64,000 bases of DNA from Ranitomeya imitator (Eukaryota). The stretch spans positions 823,174,001-823,238,000 of the forward strand of contig NC_091283.1 of assembly GCF_032444005.1 (NCBI RefSeq), given 5' to 3'. Shown here in pieces: positions 48,604-60,711 of the stretch. Position numbers and translations under genes: made by a program. The notes under the pieces were generated by a model. That model saw nothing but the letters and a program-made list of their open reading frames with translations. It ran no database searches and was not told the DNA's origin. Numbering within the stretch: position 1 is the stretch's first letter; the number at the start of each line of letters is the position of its first letter.

Positions 48604-48974
48604 TTAAGCAGTGGGACACGTCTGGCACTGCAGGATCTGAGTCCATGGTGGCGTAGTGTGTTACTTATGGTAGGCCTTGTTACATTGGTCCCAGCTCTCT
48701 GCAGTTCATTCACTAGGTTCCCCCGCGTGGTTCTGGGATTTTTGCTCACTGTTCTTGTGATCATTCTGACCCCACGGGGTGGGATTTTGCGTGGAGCCCC
48801 AGATCGAGGGAGATTATCAGTGGTCTTGTATGTCTTCCATTTTCTAATTATTGCTCCCACTGTTGATTTCTTCACTCCAAGCTGGTTGGCTATTGCAGAT
48901 TCAGTCTTCCCAGCCTGGTGCAGGGCTACAATTTTGTTTCTGGTGTCCTTTGACAGCTCTTTGGTCTTCACCAT
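48604..48974 (-). pseudogene. Tc1 transposase N-terminal half (paired-like HTH, MVKTKELSKDTRNKIV...RRVPLL)
   Basis: ORF breaks exactly at the TTAA of the inserted element. Confidence 0.9.
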
Positions 48975-49680
48975 AGTGGAGTTTGGAGTCAGACTGTTTG
49001 AGGGTGTGCACAGGTGTCTTTTTATACTGATAACAAGTTTAAACAGGTGCCATTACTACAGGTAATGAGTGGAGGAAAGAGGAGACTCTTAAAGAAGAAG
49101 TTACAGGTCTGTGAGAGCCAGAAATCTTGATTGTTTGTTTCTGACCAAATACTTATTTACTTATTTTCCACCATAATATGCAAATAAAATGTTAAAAAAA
49201 CAGACAATGTGATTTTCTGGATTTTTTTTTCTCAGTTTGTCTCCCATAGTTGAGGTCTACCTATGATGTAAATTACAGACACCTCTCATCTTTTTAAGTG
49301 GTGGAACTTGCACTATTGCTGACTGACTAAATACTTTTTTGCCCCACTGTAACTTACATTTATCACATTAAACCTACGGTAATTTGCCAGCAGCTTCTCC
49401 AAATCCCTTGGTAATTTTATATTATCCTCCTCTGTGTTGATTAGTTTATGGAGCTTAGTATCATCTACAAATACTAATCCTCTGTAAGACAATACATCAG
49501 CAACACAAATCCCTCCCCTGAGAGTTCGCCACAATGTATCAGCAGCACAGGTACAATGTATCAGCATGGAGTCCGGACTGTTTAGCTCCCGGAGGATTGC
49601 GGAGGCTGGATACGATTGTAGAAAAATATCAAACGGAAGGAGAACTGGAGAAGGTTTTCAGCATCTCGATGTTAGATTTA

Positions 49681-49864
49681 GGGCACAGTCAGACGACCAT
49701 ATAACACGGAAAACGAATGTCGCAGTGCACGGACTGACCGGCGGCTCTCCTGACCTGAGCATGATAGCCTGTATATTTCTATGCAGCTGTCAGGAGAGCC
49801 GCCGGACAGTCCGTGCACTGAGATGTGATCTTCGTCCGTGTTATACGGCCGTCTGACTGCGCCC
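49681..49864. mobile_element. Harbinger-type palindromic MITE, abutting another element that starts at 49868
   Basis: GGGCACAGTCAGACG / CGTCTGACTGCGCCC termini; TTA left, GTA right. Confidence 0.65.
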
Positions 49865-50804
49865 GTAGGCTGGGGCTACAAGGTGACAGCGATGTAGGTC
49901 ACTTCGCCAATATCGCCCTGTGCAGTTGCTGCATTGTGACCCAGAGTATATTGCAAATACATCAAGTCGCAAAACTTCAGAACCAGTTGGATTTTTTGTG
50001 ACTTGCCTGTTGCAGCATCCACTGACGGACACGGTAACATTATATGGGCCCTTTGCAGACCAATAGCTCATCATAATGCACAATTCTTCCTGCTTTGGAG
50101 GTAGTAGTGGCCCCTTTACCTCCGGAGCCCCTGCGTGGCTGCAAAAGTTGCACCAATGATATGTCCGCCCTTGGTAGTACACCAGGAGCCCCCATTCACC
50201 TGAATTATGCTGCAATGTCGCAGCGGCACAGAGCGATCTTTGGCTGCACGACCTGTGTCAAGGCCAAAGTCATTGTGTAGCCCGAAGGAGCAATCTTCGG
50301 AAAACTGATTTTATGAGTATCATAACCGCCCAATGAGGAAAACATTTGCTCATTGGGTATTGAGATTTTTAAGAAGGCTTGCAAATGGACATGTGCTGCT
50401 GAGAACATTATGATCTATGTTCCGATAACAACCATGTTAACAATCGTCCCGTGCCAACAGAAGTGCAATCGTCTTATATAAACAGTACTAAATCACCGCC
50501 GATCGGCTGTCATTTAAAGAAGGCCTGTCATTTCCTAAAAAAAACGGAGTTAAATACCTTGCAAAAATCCCCGAGATCCCCTGATTGTTTCCATCTTGCT
50601 CTGTGTTGCTCCATTGCAGAGATATTCAAATTTGTTGCTTTTTGAGCGCAGTATGTGAAATCTCTGCTTGCAGACCAACTGGGCGTTTATTCAGAGTCTT
50701 TTCTGGGGGTGGGTGCTTTCATCCCTACCTCCCAGATGCTGATAATCACAGCTTGGCAGCATTTGAGACAGCTAAATCAGCTGCCAAGTTGCAATTTGCA
50801 CTAA

Positions 50805-51191
50805 AGGTACTGTCACACTCAGCAACGCTGCAGCGATATAGACAACGAGCTGATCGCTCGAGCGTCGCTGTTTAGGTCGCTGTAGAGATGTCAAACACAG
50901 CAACTCCAGAACGATGCAGGAGCGATCCAGTGACGTAATGGCGACTCACTTATCGTTGTAGCTGGTTGTTAGCTCCATGTAAAACGTTGCTGGCATCGTT
51001 GCTTTTGCTGTCAAACATGACGAATCACGCCGACCTAACGACCAAATAAAGTTCCGGACTTCTAGCTCCGACCAGCGATATCACAGTGGGATCCAGATCG
51101 CTGCTGCGTGTCAAACACAACGAGATCGCTATCCAGGACGCTGCAACGTCACGGATCGTTGTCGTTCTCATTGCTGAGTGTGACGGTACCT
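50805..51191. mobile_element. Harbinger-type MITE 1 of a chain of three
   Basis: TAA-AGGTACTGTCACACTCAGCAA...GAGTGTGACGGTACCT-TAA. Confidence 0.8.
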
Positions 51192-51194
51192 TAA

Positions 51195-51546
51195 GGCTAG
51201 GGTCACATTGCGTTAGTGCAATCCGTTTAGCGCTAGCGGATTGCGCTAACGCAATGTTTTTTATGGGGCCGCGTTCGGGGTCGCGGTAACGTTCCCGCTC
51301 TCGCAGATCCCCGATCTGCGAGAGCGGGGAACGGACCGCGGGCGCGCCTCGGACGCTCCAAGCAGCGTCCGCGGCGCGCCAGGAATCTCCGGCGCGTCGC
51401 TAGCGCGTGCCGAACATGGCACGCGCTAGTATAGCGCGTTCCCATTAGCGTGAATGGGCGCGTTAACGGACGCGTTGCACGGCGTTAATTTCGCCGTGCA
51501 ACGCTGTCCGTTTAACGCGGTCCCATAACGCAATGGGAACCCAGCC
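51195..51546. mobile_element. Harbinger-type MITE 2 of the chain
   Basis: TAA-GGCTAGGGTCACATTGCG...CGCAATGGGAACCCAGCC-TAA; CpG-rich nested palindromes. Confidence 0.8.
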
Positions 51547-51549
51547 TAA

Positions 51550-51743
51550 GGGCTTGTTTTCACTTGCGAGGAACACGTCCGTGTCTCGCATGTGGAAACT
51601 AAGCTCTGGCGCCGGCACTGTGGAGCGGAGCGTGCGGACGCATAGCAACACATGCAGCTCCGCTCCGCTCCGGAATGCTGGCACCAGAGCTTCGTTTCCA
51701 CATGCGAGACACGGACGTGTTCCTCGCAAGTGAAAACAAGCCC
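51550..51743. mobile_element. Harbinger-type MITE 3 of the chain
   Basis: TAA-GGGCTTGTTTTCACTTGCGAGG...CCTCGCAAGTGAAAACAAGCCC-TAA; near-perfect foldback. Confidence 0.82.
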
Positions 51744-52179
51744 TAAGAGGGAAGGGTGCAGTCCATGCTCCCTGATGAGAGTCTAAAGAAAGGCCCAGGA
51801 GATCACATGTTGCACTCCAAAAGCAGAAAATGTGAATATCTCTACAATGGAACGATGCAGCGCAAAACTGATAAAAGCAGCAGAATCAGGAGGGAGCAGG
51901 GATTTTTTACAAGGTATTTATGTTTTGCGCAAGGGACAGGCAGTGTGAACTGGCTCTTAGTGTAGGTTCACTTGTTGCACAGTTGGTTCAGATTTCTTAA
52001 TTTAAACCTCCAGCATTTCTGCATCCATAGTCTGCGCACATATTTTCCACACTTATTCATGCGCCTTTATGTGCACTTTTTTTGTTATACCCTTGATGGG
52101 TTTCAGCATCTGCTCTCCCCCCTCAGTCTGATGGTCCTGGTCAAAGAAGGTTTGATGATCAGGTTGGACTTCACAGCTG

Positions 52180-52640
52180 GGAGGCATTATAATAGGAAGG
52201 TGGACCAGGAAGGGGCCCATAATGGAGGGCATTATACCAGAAAGGAGCCAATGATGGAGGGCATTATACCAGGATGGGGCCATTGATGGAGGGCATTATC
52301 CCAGGAAGGGGCCCATAATGGAGGGCATTATACCAGGAACAAGCCAATAATGGAGGGCATTATACCAGAAAGGGGCCCATAAAGGAGGGCATTATAGCAG
52401 GAAGGGGCTCATAATGGAGGGCATTATACCAGGAAGGGGCCCATAATGGAGGGTATTATACCAGGAAGGGGCCCATAATGGAGGGCATTATACCAGGAAG
52501 GGGCCCATAATGGAGGGCATTATACCAGGAAGGGGCTCAGGATGGGAGGCATTATTATAGGAAGGTGGACATTATAGCAGGAAGGGTCCATAATGGAGGG
52601 CATTATACCAGGATGGGGGGATTATAGCAGGAAGGGTATA
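52180..52640. repeat. 32-bp minisatellite upstream of SLC25A28
   Basis: Unit CCAGGAAGGGGCCCATAATGGAGGGCATTATA. Confidence 0.85.
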
Positions 52641-52739
52641 GTGTCGTTCTGAAAAATAAAAAAAAAAGTTCTGGTTCTTGGAAAAAGGCGAGAGAAAAAA
52701 ACAAAAGTGCAAAAAATGAAAACTGCATCCTGAAGGGGT

Positions 52740-53200
52740 TCTGATTTCCAGCCAATCAGCATGCGTCTTTCCCACCATGCCCTTGCAGCCCTGACCTTGG
52801 TCCATTCTACAGTACCAGTACTCCCAGCACTCGGTCCCGCCCCCTCCCAGTGACAGACTACCAGACATGTGACCACTGACAACCACACGGGCAGAGAAAC
52901 AAGAAAAAAATTGTTTAAAACTGACAGCCATCTCAGCCAATCACATTTGTCCCCGCCACTTTTACCTTTTTAACCAATCAACAAGCAGTAAACAAATAGG
53001 GCGCTAAAGGGCGACGCGCCCAGCCAATGAATGATTGACTAGTGATGATTAGCGTCAGCTTTGACAAATCGGTGCGCAGATTATGCAACAGTGCCCGCCT
53101 TCCGTGCTGTGGCCAACCAATGGGCGCAGAGTGGGTGTGCGCGCGCTTTGAGGGGGGCCTCCCCGAGTTTGCGGGCGTTTCGGTGGCGCCACCACGGCGG
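52740..53200 (+). promoter_or_regulatory. SLC25A28 promoter with clustered CCAAT (NF-Y) boxes
   Basis: CCAAT at 52752, 52937, 52974, 53024 and 53117; forkhead-like GTAAACA at 52988; CpG island continuing into exon 1. Confidence 0.6.
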
Positions 53201-53271
53201 TGTCGGGTCAGCAGCGGCGCTCGGGGGCCCTCAGCGGCGGCGGCCGGCGGGAGCAGCCCGTAGACTGTAAC

Positions 53272-53559
53272 ATGGAGCTGGAGGCCGTGCTGAAAGAACG
53301 AGGGGGCGCGACCGCCGGGGATCCCGCCCGGGTGCTGGAAGCTTGGGTGAAGCGTGGATGGCCGGCTGGTGGCGCAGACACCGAACTCATCGCTGCGGAG
53401 TCTCCGAGCATGGGCCGGCCCCGGGAGCTGAGCGCCAAGGGCGACGAGCTGGAGTACGAGGCGCTGCCGGAGGGCTCCACAGTCAGCACGCACATGCTGG
53501 CCGGGGCCGTGGCCGGGATCATGGAGCACTGCCTCATGTACCCTGTGGACTGCGTGAAG
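53272..53559 (+). CDS. SLC25A28: Mitoferrin-2 exon 1 (MELEAVLKE...[35 protein letters not shown])
   Basis: ATG at 53272 in a CpG island; donor AAG|GTGAGA; 288 nt; mitochondrial carrier signature PxD; MELE start and DCVK match mitoferrin-2. Confidence 0.93.
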
Positions 53560-53604
53560 GTGAGAGCCGCGAGGGGACGGGCCCACGTGTCCGCAGCAGG
53601 GGGC

Positions 53605-55440
53605 GGCCATCACTGCCTGCCGCGACCACTGCCTGCCTGCCGCGACCACTACCTGCCTGCCGCGACCACTGCCTGCCTGCCGCGACCACTGCCTGCCTGC
53701 CGCCGCGACCACTGCCTGCCTGCCGCGACCACTGCCTGCCTGCCGCGACCACTGCCTGCCTGCCGCGACCACTGCCTGCCTGCCGCGACCACTGCCTGCC
53801 GCCGCGACCACTGCCTGCCTGCCGCGACCACTGCCTGCCGCTGCCATCACTGCCTGCCGCGACCACTGCCTGCCGCCGCCATCACTGCCTGCCTGCCGCG
53901 ACCCCTGCCTGCCTGCCGCGACCCCTGCCTGCCTGCCGCGATCATCACTGCCCGCCGGCGCGACCACTGCCTGCCTGCCGCGACCACTGCCTGCCTGCCG
54001 CGACCACTGCCTGCCTGCCTGCCGCGATCATCACTGCCTGCCTGCCGCGACCACTGCCTGCCTGCCGCGATCATCACTGCCTGCCGCCGCGACCACTGCC
54101 TGCCTGCCGCGACCACTGCCTGCCTGCCGCGACCACTGCCTGCCTGCCGCGACCACTGCCTGCCTGCCGCCGCGACCACTGCCTGCCTGCCGCGACCACT
54201 GCCTGCCTGCCGCGACCACTGCCTGCCTGCCGCGACCACTGCCTGCCTGCCGCGACCACTGCCTGCCTGCCGCGACCACTGCCTGCCTGCCGCGACCACT
54301 GCCTGCCGCCGCGACCACTGCCTGCCTGCCGCGACCACTGCCTGCCGCTGCCATCACTGCCTGCCGCGACCACTGCCTGCCGCCGCCATCACTGCCTGCC
54401 TGCCGCGACCCCTGCCTGCCTGCCGCGACCCCTGCCTGCCTGCCGCGATCATCACTGCCCGCCGGCGCGACCACTGCCTGCCTGCCGCGACCACTGCCTG
54501 CCGCGACCACTGCCTGCCTGCCGCGACCACTGCCTGCCGCTGCCATCACTGCCTGCCTGCCGCGACCACTGCCTGCCTGCCGCGATCATCACTGCCTGCC
54601 TGCCGCGATCATCACTGCCTGCCTGCCGCGATCATCACTGCCTGCCTGCCGCGATCATCACTGCCTGCCTGCCGCGATCATCACTGCCTGCCTGCCGCGA
54701 CCACTGCCTGCCTGCCGCGACCACTGCCTGCCTGCCGCGATCATCACTGCCTGCCTGCCGCGATCACCACTGCCTGCCTGCCGCGATCACCACTGCCTGC
54801 CTGCCGCGATCACCACTGCCTGCCTGCCGCGACCATCACTGCCTGCCTGCCGCGACCATCACTGCCTGCCTGCCGCGACCATCACTGCCTGCCTGCCGCG
54901 ACCATCACTGCCTGCCTGCCGCGACCATCACTGCCTGCCTGCCGCGACCATCACTGCCTGCCTGCCGCGACCATCACTGCCTGCCTGCCTGCCGCGACCA
55001 TCACTGCCTGCCTGCCTGCCGCGACCATCACTGCCTGCCTGCCGCGACCATCACTGCCTGCCTGCCGCGACCATCACTGCCTGCCTGCCGCGACCATCAC
55101 TGCCTGCCTGCCGCGACCATCACTGCCTGCCTGCCGCGACCATCACTGCCTGCCTGCCGCGACCATCACTGCCTGCCTGCCGCGACCATCACTGCCTGCC
55201 TGCCGCGACCATCACTGCCTGCCTGCCGCGACCATCCCTGCCTGCCTGCCGCGACCATCCCTGCCTGCCTGCCGCGACCATCACTGCCTGCCTGCCGCGA
55301 CCATCCCTGCCTGCCTGCCGCGACCATCCCTGCCTGCCTGCCGCGACCATCCCTGCCTGCCTGCCGCGACCATCCCTGCCTGCCTGCCGCGACCATCCCT
55401 GCCTGCCTGCCGCGACCATCCCTGCCTGCCCGCCGCGATC
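53605..55440. repeat. 20/23-bp CpG-rich minisatellite at the start of SLC25A28 intron 1
   Basis: Units CCGCGACCACTGCCTGCCTG, CCGCGA(T/C)CATCACTGCCTGCCTG and CCGCGACCATCCCTGCCTGCCTG in successive zones. Confidence 0.95.
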
Positions 55441-55499
55441 ACTTCCTGCAGCTCAGCGGACCCTCCTCCTGCCTGAGCTGGGGGTCTACCATGCTCCAG

Positions 55500-56370
55500 G
55501 TATTGCAGCGCATCGTGGTATCACAGGCACAGCACATCGTGGTGTCACGGCGCATCGTGGTGTCACGGCGCATCGTGGTGTCACAGCACCCCCGCCATCC
55601 CGGTACAGCACTCCCATCATCCCGGTATTAGGGTATGTGCACACGTATTCTGGAGGGCTGCGGATTTTTCGCAGCGGATTTGGAAAAACCGCAGTGCAAA
55701 ACCGCTGTGGTTTTTCCTGCGGATTTATCGCGGATTCTACTGCGGTTTTACACCTGCAGTTTTCTATTGGAGCAGGTGTAAAACCGCAGTTGAATCCGCA
55801 CAAAAAAAGTGACATGCTGCGGAAAATAAACCGCTGCGTTTTTGCGTGTTTTTTTCCGCAGGATGCGCACTGCGGATTTCGTTTCCCATAGGTTAACATG
55901 GTACTGTAAACTCATGGGAAACCGCTGCGGTTCCGCAGCGTGGGCACATACCCTTACACCCCCGCCATCCCGGTATTGCACCCCCGCCATCCCGGTACAG
56001 CGCTCCCATCATCCCGGTATTACAACCCCTGTCATCCCCGTACAGCGCTCCCATCATCCCGGTATTACAACCCCTGTCATCCCCGTACAGCACTCCCATC
56101 ATCCCGGTATTACAACCCCTGTCATCCCGATACAGCACTTTCATCATCACGGTATTACACCCCCACCATCCCTGTACAGCGCTCCCATCATCCCGGTATT
56201 ACAACCCCTGTCATCCCCGTACAGCGCTCCCATCATCACGGTATTACAACCCCTGTCATCCCTGTACAGCACTTTCATCATCACGGTATTACACCCTCGC
56301 CATCCTGGTATTACAGCTATTACAATACATCCTGGTATCACAGCACCCTCGGTCATTCCGGTATTGCACG
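55500..56370. repeat. ~45-bp degenerate minisatellite interrupted by a MITE
   Basis: CATCCCGGTATTACAACCCCTGTCATCCCCGTACAGCGCTCCCAT repeats. Confidence 0.8.
55631..55953. mobile_element. Harbinger-type MITE inserted into a minisatellite
   Basis: TTA TSDs at 55628 and 55954; GGGTATGTGC(A/C)CAC termini; same CCGCAG-rich group as 13837 and 46842. Confidence 0.78.
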
Positions 56371-58840
56371 AGAAATTGACATTCTGCTGTCTGGGAAGAC
56401 GCGCCGCATGTCCGTTTCCGCGAGTGATCCATAGGCGTCTGTGGGCGCATAGTGGGCATGTGGTTTCTTGAAATCCCCTTCACTGTGCTGTAACGTCTGG
56501 ATGTTGCTGGTTTGATGCATAAGTGCGCAGCGTCCAACCTCCTCAGCAACTCCGGATCGTGTGTACATGCCCTCAGTGAATGGGAACGCTCCTCAAAACC
56601 CATACTTTTATTTTAATGTGAAGCTCTGAATGGTTTAATACAACGTATCAGTGAGGATCGCCCGGGCCGGCAGGTACCATTGTGGCCGGTGATGAGTGGA
56701 TGTCACTATTCAGTGACCGCAGGCGGAGATCTTGGTCAGAGGTGGAAATGCAGAGTGTTTGTGAGTCTCAGAACTGTGAAATGCGTCGGTCACTCGGACG
56801 GTACATTTTATACCTTTCGGGGTCCGGATTTCCTGTTGCTGGAAAGTCAGAGATCTGACAGGTTGTATTGTAGATCGGCACCAAATACAACAACCGCCTC
56901 TGCCCCTGCAGCAATGGCAAATTAACAAATGCGCATTGTATGAGGCTGCGTCTGCTTATGTAGGGGGAGCTGCTGATGGCTGCAGGGGAGACGTCTGCAT
57001 TTCTTTAGAGGCGAATATTCTGGGCACCAATGCAAAGCGTGTAACCAGGTGCCGCGGCTATCAATTCACTACTGGAATTATAGGAAGAAGTCGCCTCCAG
57101 AAGCGCCAGGGCCTGGGGGCAGCTGCTATCTCTGTAGTCACCACCTTGTGTGATCTGGTGCCCACCTTTTTGCCTTGTCACTAAGGCTACATTTTTCCCA
57201 GAGGAGAGTTATGGATGTGGCCGTAACTTTCCCTTTTAGACCCCTTTAATCAGAGGAGGGGACCGCACAAGTCCTGCCAAATCCAAGTCCCGGACGGGCC
57301 GGCGGCTCTCTGAACCCGAGTGTGACCGCTTCATGTATCTCCATGCAGCTGTTGCGCTCGGGTGGGGAGAGCCGCCGGCCCGTCCGTGCACCGCGCTCTG
57401 ATTTATATGGCTGACTGCACCCTTAGACTGGTTATAAAGACGCACCCCCCATATTGCTTGTCGGCCATCTTTCCCAGGCAGCTACAAGTGACAGTGTGCA
57501 CATAGTGTCAGTACGAGGCGGTGGCCTCCAGGTCTCCGGTCACATCCTGCATGGGTTGGCAGGGTGTGTAGATCCTGCTGGCACTGCCATGTTTGTGTGC
57601 TGCACCTCTGGCTGGCACCCATGTGGGTGTGCGGCACGCCCGTCGCCATCTTGTAAAGCTCTCTGGGTGCTGCCAGCAGGAGACTCTGCGTTTGTGCCAT
57701 CATTATAGCGTTAAGTAATTAGTCCGCGGGCGCGATCACTGTTAATTTTCATGATAAACCGGTTTGGCGTTTGCACGCAGATTAAAAGCAGCGGGTAACC
57801 GGATCCCAGCACTAATCTGAACAAATGTGTGAGCTTTACTGGGAAACGATACTGGGAAAGCTGCACACAATGAGGGCGATTATAGTGAAGCTGCAGCCGG
57901 TGCCAACCGCGGGCAGAAGAGAAGCGGCAAGTGTGAGCAAGTCAGGCGTAAAGATCTGCCATCCCTGTGCAGAAATGGGCATGCCTGCATCCGGGAAAGC
58001 TGGGTGATCACCAATGTGACTGCCACGCAGGGGGGTTATGCCTGTGACTCTGGGTACCGCTGCTCTTAAAGGGGCTCATTATTTGCCTCTCACATGGCGC
58101 TGTGCATCCTCTGCATCGTAACGGGACATCTGTGGAAGGTTTTGCCCCCTGATGTTTATCGGTGTGATCTGTTCCATGGCGTGTTACATTGGATTACTGT
58201 CCGATGGCATGTGACTAGGATGTGACCTCACTTACTGACTGCTGGGGGTCCGTTCTCTGGGACCCCCGATCCTGAGAACGAAGAGGACGACCTGTTATCT
58301 TCACAGCATTGCCAGGAGCTGCAGCAGGCCCTATACATTCAGCAACAGGTGTCCCCATAGGAAGAACTGAAGGTGACCAACGCTGCTCGCCCTTGTCTGC
58401 TACCTCCAGCATGTGGTGGTGGGGTCAGACCTCTTAGAGGGGTTGTCTACCTTTTTGGGGACCTTTTTTTTTTTTTTTTCTCGTGAATGCATTTATTTTG
58501 AGGTAGAAATAATTTTAATTACAAATTTTGCAGCTTTTGTTTTCTATAACCTCTGTTACTGTCTATTGCTGGCTTCAGTAAGGGATAACCAAGAATACGT
58601 CGGTGAGATCGGACTGATGGGAGAATTTGTAACTTTAATATATCTTTTTCTAAGCTCCTCACCACTGATTTGACCACAGACCAAATTAAAGGGGTTGTCT
58701 GGGACTTTAACATTGATGACTTATTCTTAGGATAGGTCATCAATGATCGTTGGGGGTGCAACGCCCGTCACACCGGCCGATCATCTCTTCCCAGTGTCAG
58801 TGGTGGCCGTAACTGCTCAGTCTCGATTACATCAGCACTG

Positions 58841-60711
58841 TAACGCACCATGCAGCTATCAGAACTGGCGTGTGATGGGCACACAGCTGTATGGGGCGTT
58901 ATGGTGCAGATATTAGCTGGCTTGTGATGGGCACACAGCTGTATGGGGTGTTACGGTGCAGCTATCCGAACTGGCGTGTGATGGGCACACAGCTGTATGG
59001 GGTGTTACGGGGCAGATATCAGAGCTGGCGTATGATGGGCACACAGCTGTATGGGGTGTTACGGGGCAGATATCAGAGCTGGCGTGTGATGGGCACACAG
59101 CTGTATGGGGCGTTACGGTGCAGATATCAGAGCTGGCGTGTGATGGGCACACAGCTGTATGGGGTGTTACGGGGCAGATATCAGAGCTGGCGTGTGATGG
59201 GCACACAGCTGTATGGGGCGTTACGGTGCAGATATCAGAGCTGGCGTGTGATGGGCACACAGCTGTATGGGGCGTTACGGGGCAGATATCAGCTGGCGTG
59301 TGATGGGCACACAGCTGTATGGGGTGTTACGGGGCAGATATCAGAGCTGGCGTGTGATGGGCACACAGCTGTATGGGGTGTTACGGTGCAGATATCAGAG
59401 CTGGCGTGTGATGGGCACACAGCTGTATGGGGCATTACGGTGCAGATATCAGCTGGCGTGTGATGGGCACACAGCTGTATGGGGTGTTACGGTGCAGATA
59501 TCAGCTGGCGTGTGATGGGCACACAGCTGTATGGGGTGTTACGGGGCAGATATCAGAGCTGGCGTGTGATGGGCACACAGCTGTATGGGGCGTTACGGGG
59601 CAGATATCAGCTGGCGTGTGATGGGCACACAGCTGTATGGGGTGTTACGGTGCAGATATCAGCTGGCGTGTGATGGGCACACAGCTGTATGGGGCGTTAC
59701 GGGGCAGATATCAGAGCTGGCGTGTGATGGGCACACAGCTGTATGGGGTGTTACGGTGCAGATATCAGCTGGCGTGTGATGGGCACACAGCTGTTTGGGG
59801 CGTTACGGTGCAGATATCAGCTGGCGTGTGATGGGCACACAGCTGTATGGGGCGTTACGGTGCAGATATCAGCTGGCGTGTGATGGGCACACAGCTGTAT
59901 GGGGCGTTACGGGGCAGATATCAGCTGGCGTGTGATGGGCACACAGCTGTATGGGGCGTTACGGTGCAGATATCAGCTGGCGTGTGATGGGCACACAGCT
60001 GTATGGGGCGTTACGGGGCAGATATCAGCTGGCGTGTGATGGGCACACAGCTGTATGGGGCGTTACGGGGCAGATATCAGAGCTGGCGTGTGATGGGCAC
60101 ACAGCTGTATGGGGTGTTACGGTGCAGATATCAGCTGGCGTGTGATGGGCACACAGCTGTTTGGGGCGTTACGGTGCAGATATCAGCTGGCGTGTGATGG
60201 GCACACAGCTGTATGGGGCGTTACGGTGCAGATATCAGCTGGCGTGTGATGGGCACACAGCTGTATGGGGCGTTACGGGGCAGATATCAGCTGGCGTGTG
60301 ATGGGCACACAGCTGTATGGGGCGTTACGGGGCAGATATCAGCTGGCGTGTGATGGGCACACAGCTGTTTGGGGCGTTACGGTGCAGATATCAGCTGGCG
60401 TGTGATGGGCACACAGCTGTATGGGGCGTTACGGTGCAGATATCAGCTGGCGTGTGATGGGCACACAGCTGTATGGGGCGTTACGGGGCAGATATCAGCT
60501 GGCGTGTGATGGGCACACAGCTGTATGGGGCGTTACGGTGCAGATATCAGCTGGCGTGTGATGGGCACACAGCTGTATGGGGCGTTACGGGGCAGATATC
60601 AGCTGGCGTGTGATGGGCACACAGCTGTATGGGGCGTTACGGGGCAGATATCAGCTGGCGTGTGATGGGCACACAGCTGTATGTGGCGTTACGGGGCAGA
60701 TATCAGAGCTG
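58841..60711. repeat. 52/54-bp minisatellite, about 35 copies, in SLC25A28 intron 1
   Basis: Unit CAGCTGGCGTGTGATGGGCACACAGCTGTATGGGGCGTTACGGTGCAGATAT. Confidence 0.95.

Larger units (their letters stand above)
42257..49349 (-). mobile_element. Tc1-like DD34E transposon (1614 bp net), interrupted
   Basis: TA TSDs at 42255 and 49350; ~210-bp near-identical TIRs beginning CAGTGGGGCAAAAAAGTATTTAGTCAG. Confidence 0.93.
42210..49520 (-). mobile_element. CR1-like LINE reverse-transcriptase fossil, split by the Tc1 (pieces ~42210-42254 and 49352-49520)
   Basis: Minus-strand translation FVDDTKL...RDLEKL...RFNV then (frameshifted) KCK / MYLG across the Tc1 TA site, resembling CR1 FADDTKL...FNxxKCKVMHLG. 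Confidence 0.6.

Noticed and set aside
53200-55631. 758-aa and 762-aa ORFs as real proteins, including the GTG start at 53200
   Set aside because: Only 53272-53559 is mitoferrin-2 and it ends at a consensus donor; the rest is minisatellite. Homology begins at the MELE ATG
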